Counted from the first letter of the stretch, positions 1-11,914 are shown. The stretch is DNA of 64,000 bases from Octopus sinensis (GCF_006345805.1 NC_043002.1:54808001-54872000); one strand, 5' to 3'. Program-made: numbers and translations. The notes: generated from the sequence alone by a model not told the origin.

Positions 1-150
1 GGAGTTATATCCAATGACTGGTGTAGCAGCACCATAGTCAACTGCTACAAAGGTAAAGGTGACACCTTAGATAGAAATAATTATAGAGGTATCAAATTGT
101 TGGATCAGAAGATGAAAGTTATGGAGAAGTTCATAGCCCAACTGATTAGG
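1..150 (+). mobile_element. RTE-clade LINE ORF2 (RT) fragment, cut by the window edge
   Basis: Aligns by eye to 23264-23412 of the longer RTE copy (GVISNDWCSSTIVNCYKGKGDTLDRNNYRGIKLLDQ vs GVIPNDWCSSTIVNCYKGKGDA*DTNKYRGIKLLDQ). Confidence 0.85.
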
Positions 151-419
151 TGGCAGAGCTCTCTGGTTAATTTACCCAATGAATTACAATTTCCTCAATC
201 CTGTACACTATCAAGAGCAAGCATCAGCAAGGAGGGGGAAGAAAAGGGTTAAGGTTTCAGGTTAGCCAGAAGAGAGGAGAGGATGGGTACGAAGTAAGAT
301 TGAAATATTTATATACTTAACCAAACACACATATAATTCCCACACATGTGTATATATGTGTATGCCTGCATGTATACAGCTCTCCTATCTATGCTTGCAT
401 ATGTACAAGTTTATCTTGG

Positions 420-630
420 CAGACAGTGCAAATGTGTTTAAAGAACAATTGAGCATAAGAGGCATCAGATGTATGCAAGAGAGAAGACTGTAGTGGTAAG
501 GTCATGTGATACATTTGGACAAGGACAGCTGCATAAAGAAGTGCTGATCTCAAATTGTGGAGTGTAATTTCTGGTAGAGGAAGACCCAGGAAAACATGGG
601 TTGAAGTGGTGAAAAATGATCTTCAGGAGG
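420..630 (+). mobile_element. Diverged RTE LINE ORF2 3' fragment
   Basis: Similar to 24480-24690 (gcatcagatgt..gcaagagaga.gactgt; ggtagaggaagacccaggaaaacatggg vs ggaagaggtagacccaggaagacctggg). Confidence 0.7.
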
Positions 631-1454
631 TGACAAATGGTAGAGATGATTTGGTTCTTTATGCATTTAAAAGAGGGCCCAAGCAGTGGAGAATGTCTTA
701 ATTGGGTCCTCGTAGTTATCTTCCTTCAGCTTCTCTCATGGCTGATTCTTCCTATGTTTGATGAGCAAGTTCTGCTGCCAAGTCTGTAAGCAAAGAATCC
801 TGCAATTTTGCTTCAAAGACCAAGATGTTTTCTTTCTCGAATTGTTTGACTCCTTTTTTCATGAGGGTTTTCTCTGTTATTCTGTCTTTAGCTAACATTA
901 CCCAAGTTTTTGCATCAACATACCACTTAGTCAGGCTGCCTTTACATGCGTCTTTAAATCTCAGCTTTATACACACACACACACACACACACATTGTTGT
1001 GTCTAGGGAGAGTCATTCTCTTCTAGTGCCTTATTACTTAACACACTCACTGGTTTGATTTCCATTCATTTACTTATTTATTTTTTCTAAAATTTTTGCT
1101 GTCTTACAACATATTCGATAGAAAAAAAATAAATAAGTAAATCAGTGGAAATCAAATCAGTGAGTGTGTTAAATAATAAGGCACTAAAAGAAAATGACTC
1201 CCCCCAGACACAATAAAATATGCTTCGACACAAAAACTCACATAAAGAATCTTGCAATCGAAATACAAAAACGAAATTATATATATACATACAATACATA
1301 TATATACATACAAGGGCAAAAGAAAAAAGATTCCTATGCCAATATGCTGAGAATAGACTTTAATTCATCAATCACCTTTAAAGGTATTTTAATATGCTGG
1401 TCATTTTGATGAAATTTTTTTATCCTATATTAGAAGTGTATATATATATATATA

Positions 1455-1733
1455 TAGGTTATGAGAGGTAATGGTGTCAATAAGACCCAAAGGTGTATAC
1501 CATTCTGCCTAAATAATGGATCTACAAATGCAATATCCCTTCATATCTCACATCTATTTTCATTCCTCCACCTCACTCTCTATTTTGTATCTTATCTAAA
1601 TTAACTATTGCTCAACTATTTTCTCATACCATTTCCGATGAAGGGATATAAAAAATATCCCGGAAACAGCTGTAAGACCTATTTATAAATGATCTAAAAA
1701 TCTTCACAGCGTTGGTTTTTTTATCTCATTCTG
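1455..1733 (+). mobile_element. (TA)n-flanked Penelope-like/retrozyme-like fragment carrying an HHR motif
   Basis: Bounded by (TA)n on both sides. Contains the HHR motif at 1632-1677 and ends TATCTCATTCTG, matching the termini of the elements at 6333 and 26529. Confidence 0.55.
1632..1677 (+). ncRNA. Minimal hammerhead ribozyme motif (U4C variant, AGCU palindromic stem III)
   Basis: ttt-CCGATGA-A-GGGATAT(aaaaa)ATATCCC-G-GAAAC-AGCT-GTA-aga: 7-bp stem II, a short stem I and a GUA site at 1672-1674. Confidence 0.55.
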
Positions 1734-1758
1734 AAAAAATTATATATATATATATATA

Positions 1759-1905
1759 TTTGGCGTTAGGAAGGGCATCCAGCCGTAGAAACATTGCCAG
1801 ATCAGACTGGGCCTGGTGCAGCCTTCTGGCTTCCCAGACCCCAGTTGCACTGTTCAACCCATGCTAGCATGGAAAGCGGACACTAAACGATGATGATGAT
1901 GATGA

Positions 1906-1908
<3 letters not shown>
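1759..1908 (+). mobile_element. RTE 3'-UTR tail copy ending in (GAT)n
   Basis: ggcgttaggaagggcatccagccgtagaaac...ccaacccatgctagcatggaaagcggac...(gat)n. The same tail ends the RTE at 25190-25350. Confidence 0.8.
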
Positions 1909-1941
<33 letters not shown>

Positions 1942-2428
1942 GATGTGGTGAATAAACTGTCATCTAAATTACACAAAAATGAAAATAACACTGACATCTC
2001 ATTTTAACAGATATATTTACCAAAATTACATTAAAATATCTTGAAATACTAAAGGGTATATTTATTCAATAAATTGTTTGACCTTAACCAGTTGAGCATG
2101 TCCCTTAGTGGCTGACAATATGTGCATCTCTGGTCATGAGCAGAAGTAGTTGGGGAGATTCATTGCTATGTGTTGAAAGGGATTCTTTGGGGTTTGAAAA
2201 ATTCACTTCTCGAAGCATTCTTGTTTTGTTTATCATCCTTAAAAGAACCATCATTCAGTGACCTTTTGAGCAGGATGGACTACTCCACCTGAAGAAAATT
2301 CTAACTGGGCCCTGTCTGCAAGGTCATGTGCTGTTTATCTTGATATGAGATCACTATGCCATTCATATATAGTTGTGATGCATGTGCCTGGATTACCTTT
2401 ATCAGACATGTAGTCATGATGGGTATAT

Positions 2429-3190
2429 TTGTACAACGACAATGACCATGATGATGATGATGACAACAATGACGATGACGATGATGATGAGGCCAATGAT
2501 GATGAGGACAACAACGATGAGTACAACGACGACAAGGACAACGATGACGATGACAACGACAAGGACAATGACGACGATGATGATAATGAGGACAACGATG
2601 GCGAGGACAACAAGGATGAGGACAGCGACGACAAGGACAACGATGACGAGGACAATGACGATGAAGACAACGACAATGAGGACAATGACGACAAGGACAA
2701 TGATGATGAGGACAGCGATGACAAGGACAACGACGACGAGGACAACAACGATGATGACGATGACAAGGACAATGACGACGATGATGATGACAAGGACAAT
2801 GACGACGATGATGACCATGACGACAATGACGACGAAGATGATGATGATGAGGACAATGACAACAAGGGCGACGACGATGACGAGGACAACAACGACGATG
2901 ATGACCATGATGACGATGACGACGACCATGACCACCACGACTACGACCGCGATGACGATGAGGATGACCACCATGATGACAACCATGACCACGAGGACCA
3001 CGATGACCATGACCGATGACCACGACCGTGATGACCACGACTGCGATGACCACGACCGCGATGACCACGACTGCGATGACCATGACGAGGACGACGACAA
3101 AGTCTACGATGATGATGATGACAATGACCATGATTATGACAACAACCACGACGATCACTACCACCACCAACAACAACAACAGTAACATTA
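2429..3190. repeat. Degenerate (GAT/GAC)n trinucleotide array with a 15-bp higher-order unit (gacgacaaggacaac / gatgacgaggacaat)
   Basis: Visible periodicity; long low-complexity ORFs in five of six frames. Confidence 0.85.
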
Positions 3191-3739
3191 AAAAAACACC
3201 AACAGAAGCAACAACAACAGCAGCGAAAACAAAAATTATAGTAACAGCTGCACCACCACCACTGCCACCAACGAACGACAAATGACAACGATCATGACCA
3301 CAGCTCTGCTCAAATCTCAGTGAAATGGTATCACTTTCACTTTAAATGTGGTTGAGGTATTTTGACTGAGAAATGGTTCAGTTAATGGTTGAGTGCTGAA
3401 TCATCCCAACCTGTTTATAGCCTGGGAAAAAGGATGTTTAAAACCTATGAAAAGAAACAGTGTCACCTACGCATTTAAATGTGCACACATATTTCAACTT
3501 GCTTTCATTGTGAGTCTATTGAAGCCATCTATCTATCTATCTATCTATCTGTCTGTCTACACTGATATATATATATATATATATGTACGTATGTATGTAT
3601 ATATATGGAACAAGAGGAAGAGAGGGAAATGAGATGGGGGTGATGAGTCATATGTGAAAAGACATCTATTCACATGCAAATAGAAATAAAAAAAAAGACA
3701 CACACTCATACACATTCTCACACATACACACTGAAACAC

Positions 3740-3777
<38 letters not shown>

Positions 3778-4486
3778 CTCACATGCACACACACACACAC
3801 ACACACATCCCTGTTTGAGAAATTCTGCTTGATTTATCTTAGTTTTTTTTTCCTTCTGTATATAAATGCATATGTGTATGTATATTTGTATGTGTTTATG
3901 TACTTGTGCACGAACCAGTGTGTTCTAGGATTTAATTATCCCTTTAAGGGGTTAACATATCCTCTAATTAACTTGTATATATGTATGTATATATATATAT
4001 ATAGCCAATCCTCTCACACACACACACACACAAGTTCAATAAGCTGAAAAATGATTTCAAACTCAGGATCCCGTGATGACAATGTAACATTTATATAACT
4101 AAGGTATCTTCGACCAGGTGAGTAGCTGCTGGCTGAGTACTCCTCGTTAATGCAGCATAGAATTTTGTCAGTGAACAGGTCGCGGTCTCAAAGCAATGAA
4201 AATATTTTGGCAAATTAAATTTTTTGTTTGTTTCTTAAATGGCTTATAAACACCTTCCACGCTGCAGTATATATATACTGTCCTAGTGTGGCAGACAGCA
4301 GTGCCCCAGCATGGCCACAGTCCTTGGACTGAAACTGAGGGGGAGGAAAAAGTATATGTGTGTGTGTGTGTATATATATATGTGTGTGTGTGTGTGTGTA
4401 TGTATCTATGTGTGTGTGTGTTTATATATATATATATATAAAAATACAAAATGTGACAAGAACGCAAAACATCCGGACAGCTAGAT

Positions 4487-4557
<71 letters not shown>

Positions 4558-4643
4558 CACGCATACATAGATAAATACATACATATATATATATATATAT
4601 ATACATACATATATATATACATACAGACACACATATTTAAGTA

Positions 4644-4695
<52 letters not shown>

Positions 4696-5590
4696 GGATT
4701 CTCTCATCATTAGACGGTAGATGAAAGGTTTGTAATTTCTTGCTGAGTAATTGTGCAGATGATTTGCATATAGTAATCAAATATTTGTGTTCACATATGC
4801 CTACTCCCTCCATCAGATCATTTGTATGCATATGTAGAGATTTGTATGTTTTGTTTTATGTATGATGTATTCTAATGCATATAGTTTGCATATCTAGACA
4901 TACACACATATATATTTAAATGATAAACTTCTGGGAAGTTTTACAGATAGTTATAGTTCCAATAATGGATTACATCTGTAGTCTTCAAATTAACTTTCCC
5001 TTTTCTGGTGTTGAGAAGCCTAATTTCCCAAGATTGGTATTTAGGCAGTTTGTTACATATCCAAATACCCCAATAATTACAGGTATAATCCCGTACTGGG
5101 AATCTGGGGAGAGTAAGTGCAGATTTCTCAATAGATCAGCATAGGTACCTTTTCTTTAGCTTTATGGTAGCATCTGCTGGGCAGCTGGTTTCCACAGCTG
5201 GGTTTTGTCCCCTTCAACTGTGTTTACATTTTATTGAGGTTTTCACTGGAACATTCTACCAGGGACAACCTTTATATCATGTCAAGACAACAAAACACAA
5301 ACACATAGTGTTTACTTATTTCATTGGTCTCCTTTGCCAAACTACCAAGTTACATGCATAAATATATACATACACACAAGAGTAAACAAGAGAGCCAGAG
5401 ACAGGTAGAAACAAGGAAAATGCCACTTGTATTTGGACACTATGCAAATATTCTTTTAAAATACTTTTCTTTTAATTTTTCCAAAATTTAATTGTTTTCC
5501 ATACTTACAGTTGAAAAGTCTCAATGACTGAAACCGGTACTGAAATGTTTTTTATAAAATTAATTTAGCATTTTCTACTTTGACTTTTTT

Positions 5591-5674
<84 letters not shown>

Positions 5675-5709
5675 TCACACACACACATATACAAACACAC
5701 ACATACATG

Positions 5710-5754
<45 letters not shown>

Positions 5755-5757
<3 letters not shown>

Positions 5758-5892
5758 CATCCAGTTGTAGAAACTCTACCAGATCAGATTGGAGCCTGGT
5801 GCAGCCATCTGGTTCGCCAGACCTCAGTCGAATCATCCAACCCATGCTAGCATGGAAAGTAGATGTTAAACGATGATGATGATGATGATGAT
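5755..5892 (+). mobile_element. RTE 3'-UTR tail copy
   Basis: gggcatccagttgtagaaac...ccaacccatgctagcatggaaagtagatgttaaac(gat)n. Confidence 0.8.
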
Positions 5893-5911
5893 ATATATAT
5901 ATATATATATA

Positions 5912-6313
5912 GGCGCATGAGTGGCTGTGTGGTAAGTAGCTTGCTAGCCAACCACATGGTTCCAGGTTCAGTCCCACTGCGTGGCATCTTGGGCAAGTGT
6001 CTTCTGCTATAGCCTCGTGCTGACCAATGAGTGGATTTGGTAGACGGAAACTGAAAGAATCCTGTCGTATATATGTGTATATATATATGTATATGTGTAC
6101 ATGTTTGTGTGTCTGTGTTTGTCCCCCTAGCATTGCTTGACAACCGATGCTGGTGTGTTTACATCCCCGTCACCTAGCGGTTTGGCAAAAGAGACTGATA
6201 GAATAAGTACTGGTCTTACAAAGAATAAGTCCCGTGGTCGATTTGCTCGACTAAAGGTGGTGCTCCAGCATGGCCACAGTCAAATGACTGAAACAAGTAA
6301 AAGAGTAAAAGAG
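5912..6313 (+). mobile_element. tRNA-derived CORE-type SINE (family A), full length
   Basis: tRNA-like head ggcgcatgagtggctgtgtggtaag...ggttcagtccc, CORE-like gcatcttgggcaagtgtcttct, internal TA/TG microsatellite, tail gactgaaacaagtaaaagagtaaaagag. More than 10 copies in the window. Confidence 0.8.
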
Positions 6314-6332
6314 TATATATATATATATATAG

Positions 6333-7318
6333 GTTATAAAATGAGATAGGGGTTGAAAATTCAACCCACCATGGGATAATATATATCCAATATACTGCCA
6401 GATAGGTACCCAACAAGATTAATACATAGATGTTAAAAATTGTCAAACAATCAGTTCATCTATTGTATTATATGGGTAAAGGTAATAATATTACCGTAAA
6501 TTAATACTACAAAATTAGAGAATGGAGAAACATACTTAAATCAATAAAACATCAACTATCCGATGATACCCAATCAATACTTTAATACACCATTACATAT
6601 GAGTAAAGGCATTATACAAAATGAGATATACAGTAATAGTAAAAAGATAAAGAGATATAAGTAAAAAATTTTCAAATATAATATGCAATTAAATCAAAAC
6701 TGACAGCTGTTTCGGCAGTGAGGGCAGTCATACCTCATTTAACCTCTAAGCCATAAAGGCAGGTATAAATGAGGCATTAACAAGGATGCCCCACGGCCTC
6801 TTCAGAGAATTAAATTAAATTTGTTATAATTGTGAAAAATATAATATAACCATATACATATAATATAAAAAATATAAAAATGTAAAATATAAAAAATATA
6901 AAAACTTATACATCATAATGCTACACTTATATAATATAATACTTATTGGTACAATAAAGGAAGGTAAACAGAACAAAATAAAACAAAATATATATCAGTG
7001 TATATATAATATTAATAAGTACCGATATTATACATATTTGGCTAATAGTTTTTTAAAAAAACTAACACATAGGGAGATGAAAAATAATAATTAAAACCAT
7101 GGTTCAGTTCATAAAATTCTAAAGCTATGAAAGTTAATAAAAATTACTATTAATATTAATAATAATAATAATAATAAAAATAATAATAATAATAATAGAT
7201 ACAGTTAAGTTTAATGCCTTTACTCATATGTAATGGTGTATTAAAGTATTGATTGGGTATCATCGGATAGTTGATGTTTTATCGATTTAAGTATGTTTCT
7301 CCATTCTCTAATTTTGTA

Positions 7319-7321
<3 letters not shown>
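6333..7321 (-). mobile_element. Penelope-like pseudo-LTR/retrozyme-like element with HHR and 110-bp inverted duplication
   Basis: Homologous to 26529-27106 and flanked by (TA)n on both sides. Arms 6505-6614 and 7212-7321 are inverted with 1 mismatch. HHR at 6700-6807. Confidence 0.65.
6700..6807 (-). ncRNA. Hammerhead ribozyme motif, canonical core, extended stem II
   Basis: Minus strand: ct-CTGAAGA-GGC[about 80-nt hairpin incl. cctcatttatacct/aggttaaatgagg]GCC-GAAAC-AGCT-GTC-ag. All core nucleotides are canonical; stem I is only 2 bp. Confidence 0.7.
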
Positions 7322-7352
<31 letters not shown>

Positions 7353-7353
7353 T

Positions 7354-7496
7354 ATTAGAGAGTTAACCACTATGTGGATAACTCTAGTACTTCTAGTTAC
7401 TATGTTACTTCTAGTTGGAAACATCTTTTTCTGTGGCTATACTATCGGGGCTATTTTTAGCACTAGAGTTATCCACATAGTGGTTAACTCTCTAAT
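7354..7496. repeat. Perfect 35-bp inverted repeat, 73-bp spacer
   Basis: attagagagttaaccactatgtggataactctagt (7354-7388) vs its reverse complement (7462-7496). Confidence 0.9.
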
Positions 7497-7969
7497 GATT
7501 TATGTATAAATTTGTATTTTCTCCGTAGTTTTTTGTGCTAAGCCACTCGGTGTTAAATTAATGGTATTATTAAATTAATATCAATTTTTCACCCTCATCT
7601 TTTCACCCCTGCTCCTCTTCCCTTCTTCCCTCTTTCTCCCTCCCTCCTTCTTCCCTCTTCCCCTTCCCTCTTTCTCTCTGCTCCCTCACTCCCCTTCCCC
7701 CTCCTCTTCTCCCCTTTCTTTCCCCCTCCCCTCTCCCCCTCCCCTCTCCCCCTCAATCCCCCCTCTTCCCTCATCTCCTCTCTCTACACTACACCATACG
7801 ACTTTACACATCACATCATATATACATACACACGTCGAGACCTCTCATACGCACTAATACTCTCTCATACACACACACACACTCTTATGTTGGAGCGAGG
7901 TCATTTAACCCTATTATCTCCCCTAATTTCGCTCTTGCGTCTCACGTTTGATCTTTGACTTCTGGCCGA

Positions 7970-8218
7970 AATCAGATTGCCATGTTGATTCACTAGCCTC
8001 TGCACGCATATATTTTTTTTCTCTCCTTCTTTCTGTGTTTTTTCTCTGTGTATCTTTCTGTTGAAGAGCATAGGCTCGAAACGTTAAAGACTTGTTTTAT
8101 TTATATTTCCTGAGCGCCATACTAATACAATTGTTTGTTTGTATTCCACCTGCCTTCGTCTTTTGTTTATTTCCGTAAACCTGCCTTCGTCTTTTGTCTA
8201 TTTTCATAAAGCTTCCCG

Positions 8219-8220
<2 letters not shown>
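7970..8220 (+). mobile_element. Short interspersed HHR-bearing repeat (family 2)
   Basis: Shares cactagcc...ctgttgaagagc.taggctcgaaac...aaagac...cctg.cttcgtcttttg with 19555-19755, 25890-26075 and 40420-40570(-); ends in (TA)n. Confidence 0.7.
8053..8090 (+). ncRNA. Minimal hammerhead-like motif, family 2 (A6U variant, ACGU palindromic stem III)
   Basis: TCTTT-CTGTTGA-A-GAGC(ATAG)GCTC-GAA-AC-GT-T-AAAGA: perfect 5-bp stem I and 4-bp stem II. Confidence 0.55.
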
Positions 8221-8260
<40 letters not shown>

Positions 8261-8499
8261 GAAAAGAGCAGACATTGCCTCACAAGCAGTTGTGCAGGCA
8301 ATAGTGTTAGTAAATGTGGTTGGATTGAGCTGAAAATTTGCACACCTATGTTAAAAGTGCTGGGGAGTTTGCATGGCCACTTTAAGTTTTTGCAATTGAA
8401 AGGCATGGCCTCTAGAGTAAAATTCCTCATCTTTAAAAAGCGGCCGTGTAGACCCGAATGAAATCGAGTTATAATACTAGTATATATAATTTTTTTTTT

Positions 8500-8882
8500 G
8501 TTTCACTTGTTTCAGTCATTTTACTGTGGCCATGCTGGAGCGCTAACTTTAGTTGAACAAATCAACCCCAAGACTTATTCTTTGTAAACCTAGTACTTAT
8601 TCTATTGGTCTCTTTTACCAAACTGCTAAGTTATGGAGACATAAATACACCAACATCAGTTGTCAAGCAATGGTGTGGGAGAGGGACAAATACAAACACA
8701 TACATAAATGCACACACACATATACGACGGGCTTCTTTCAGTTTCCGCCTACCAAATCCACTCACAACGCTTTGGTTAGCCTGAGGCTATAGTAGAAGAC
8801 ACTTGCCCAAAGTGCCACGCTGTGAGACTGAACTTGGGACCATGTGGTTGGTAAGCAAGCTTCTTACCACACAGCCAATCCT
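8500..8882 (-). mobile_element. CORE-type SINE family A
   Basis: Reverse complement of the 5912-6313 consensus. Confidence 0.8.
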
Positions 8883-9149
8883 CACACACACACACACACA
8901 AGTTCAATAAGCTGAAAAATAGTTTCAAACTCAGGATCCCGTGATGACAATGTAACCTTTATATAACCAAGGTATCTTTGGCCAGGTAAGTAGCTGCTGG
9001 CTGAGTACTCCTCAGTAATTATTACATCAGAGGTCCTTTTTGCTAGGAAACATGTTGCCAAGATTTTATCTGCTCCTTGCATACATAGCAACACTAGTTG
9101 TTAACTATGAACTAGAAAATAATTTCTTCTTCTTCTTCTTCGTTTTCTA

Positions 9150-9209
<60 letters not shown>

Positions 9210-9392
9210 GTTATTTAAAATAGTTTGATTCAGCAACCACATGTGACTTAAAGATTCATGGACTTCTGACAGTAACCTAGCTTGTCAGGCACGGTTAATT
9301 GAAAGGAGAGATCCAGGAAATCCAAGATGGTTACTGGAAACTGGGCTGCTATTGGTCAAGGTGGGTCACAGGGTGTTATTAGATGTGAGAGT

Positions 9393-9621
9393 GGCGAGCT
9401 GGCAGAACCGTTAGCACGCCGGGCGAAATGCGCAGCCGTATTTCGTCTGCCGTTACGTTCTGAGTTAAAATTCCGCCGAGGTCGACTTTGCCTTTCATCC
9501 TTTCGGGGTCGATAAATTAAGTACCAGTTACGCACTGGTGTCGATGTAATCGGCTTAATCTGTTTGTCCGTCCTTGTTTGTCCCCTCTGTGTTTAACCCC
9601 TTGTGGGTAGTAAAGAAATAG
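9393..9621 (+). mobile_element. tRNA-derived SINE family B (Deu/Nin-like central domain); young copy with CpGs retained
   Basis: ggcgagctggcagaaccgttagc...ttctgagttaaaattccgccgaggtcgactttgcctttcatcctttcggggtcgataaattaagtaccag. The domain resembles the Deu/Nin SINE core as I recall it. Confidence 0.75.
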
Positions 9622-9739
9622 TTATTAGATGTAAGATCACTATTCCAGCAACACTGCAGAGAATTTCTTGGACTGCATGGCTTGACAGGAATCTGGTGGT
9701 GCCTTGCTGTCTGACCAATCTTTGAAGGGATATATATAT

Positions 9740-10013
9740 ATATACATATATCCTGGTCCTCTGCCAGTGGCACGTAAAAGCATCATTCAAGTGTGGTCAG
9801 TGCCAGTACTGCCTAACTGGCCCTCATGCTGGGGACACATTAAAAGCACCCACTACACTCTTGGAGTGGTTGGCATTATGAAGGCCATCCATCCATAGAA
9901 TCATTGCCAGATCAGATTGGAGCCTGGTGTAGCCGTTAAGCTTGCCAACCCTCAGTCAAACTGTCCAACCCATGCCAGCATGGAAAGTGGACATTAAATG
10001 ATGATGATGATGA
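9740..10013 (+). mobile_element. RTE 3'-UTR tail copy
   Basis: gtggcacgtaaaagca...aaaagcacccactacactct...ccaacccatgccagcatggaaagtggac...(gat)n. Confidence 0.8.
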
Positions 10014-10024
10014 TACATACATAC

Positions 10025-10072
<48 letters not shown>

Positions 10073-11004
10073 TATATACGTTTTTATTATTTTTTTGCAA
10101 TTTACTTAATCATTAACATTTTAGTGTTATTTTAATTTTAATATTTCTGTTATATGCAATTTTCTAGATGGTGTAATTTAATTGTTCACTTTGAATTGAT
10201 AAAGGGTGTTTTCTTTCTAATTTTTTATATATATATATATATATCAACGCTAAACAATGATGATGATGATGATGATATATTGCGTGAAATTTAATTTAGT
10301 ATATCTAAATTGAATTTTTTTCCTTGTAAGTTTGGATTTTATTCCCTCAAATAATAATAATTAAATATATGTGTGTGTATAGACACATACACACACACAC
10401 AAACACACACACATATGTGTGATCTGCTTCTTACTCATTATCATTATCTTACTCATCATCATTATCAACACTTTTACATTCATTTTCCATGTTGACATGA
10501 ATTGGATGGGTCCTTTTGGTCTGAACCAGTTTTTGTGAGTTGTGGGGTGGTGTTACTGCCCTTTAAATTGGTCTGAGGCTCTTGACCCTTTTGTATGCTT
10601 GACCTCAACCTGGTTTCCATGGATACAGGCCCTTCTTAACACAAATTTCATCACAAAGTTAACCGACATTCATTTTATTGTGGCACCAACACTAAAGAAA
10701 TTGTGGTGTCCTTGACAACACAAGCCTAGAAGGTCTTCTCCTTCCTACATCTTCTCTTTTCCATCTCCAGCCATTTTGCATATTGCACTGTGTGCATTTC
10801 ACTGTGCACCAGCCCTAGTTGGTTGCCTTTTACCTCAGAAGACAAACGAGTCCTCCCTCTTCTATACTGCTTCCAATAATTGCAGGTCACATGACCAACA
10901 GATTGAGGAGACTTGAGGGGGAAGTGTGGAAAACGAAGTTGAGCAAGAAAGAAGTGACAGTATGAAAGGAAACTGAATGATTTGGAGTAATGGTCTGGAA
11001 GAAT

Positions 11005-11102
11005 TGGGGCCTGATGCAGCCTCCTGGCTTCCCAGATCCCAGTCGAACCGTCCAACCCATACCAGCATGGAAAACGGGCGTTAAACGATGATGATGATGA
11101 TA
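11005..11102 (+). mobile_element. RTE 3'-UTR tail fragment
   Basis: gggcctgatgcagcc...ccaacccataccagcatggaaaacgggcgttaaac(gat)n. Confidence 0.75.
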
Positions 11103-11261
11103 GATGTGTGTGTGTGTGCGTGTGTGTTCAAAGTCTTTTGAGGCTCCCTATTTCTGTAATTTTGTATTTCTGTATTTCATTTATATTTTTTCCATACATT
11201 TTTCTGTCTGCTTCAAGTCACAGGCATTGTTTTGCACAAAACATTTTTATGTTTGTGTCAC

Positions 11262-11316
<55 letters not shown>

Positions 11317-11421
11317 TTATTTTATATGCACACCTCCTGACATCTTTTCTTCGACATATCTTCAATGATTTCGTTCATCCATGCACAACTAAGAGCATTT
11401 ATATCTTTTGTCAATACAGAA

Positions 11422-11455
<34 letters not shown>

Positions 11456-11559
11456 TGGAATGTCTGTGTATGTGTGTGTCATTGTGCAACATATCTTTTT
11501 AATGCGATATGCATCACCTTTGTTGACCAGACATTGATAAAAAGGTGTGAAAGCTATTA

Positions 11560-11641
11560 TCGTTGTTCTTGTTGCTGCTGTTGTTGTATCTACTACTACT
11601 ACTACTACTGCTGCTACTGCTACTACTACTACTATTACTAG

Positions 11642-11686
<45 letters not shown>

Positions 11687-11687
11687 A
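11560..11687. repeat. (TAC)n microsatellite
   Basis: Directly visible. Confidence 0.9.
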
Positions 11688-11914
11688 CATGATTCTAAGC
11701 ACATCCTACAAGTGTTTAAATAACACTACGCTGTATCTGAAAAGAAGATGGTTTCCCATAACCTAATTAGGATTTCTTATTTGTCCTTACCTTCTTATTA
11801 ACGAACCAATGGAGGCGTTTTTCAGAGACTATTTTACAGAATTTCCAATCAATATTGTAGAGATTTGGTTGTCTTTTTTTTATGTGTGAGTGTGTGTGTG
11901 TAAAATTATTAAAG

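Noticed and set aside
752-994. 80-aa minus-strand ORF with protein-like composition
   Set aside because: It starts inside a (TG)n tract, has no recognisable domain and no convincing splice sites, and in-frame stops follow immediately.
2301-3288. Long ORFs (poly-Val/His, poly-Ser, poly-Met/Thr, poly-Asp)
   Set aside because: These are products of a GAT/GAC repeat that lacks stops in five frames; there is no independent coding evidence.
8882-9094. Minus-strand ORF whose frame is also open in the duplicate at 4005-4146
   Set aside because: Differences between the copies are mostly non-synonymous, there is no known motif, and it runs into (TG)n.
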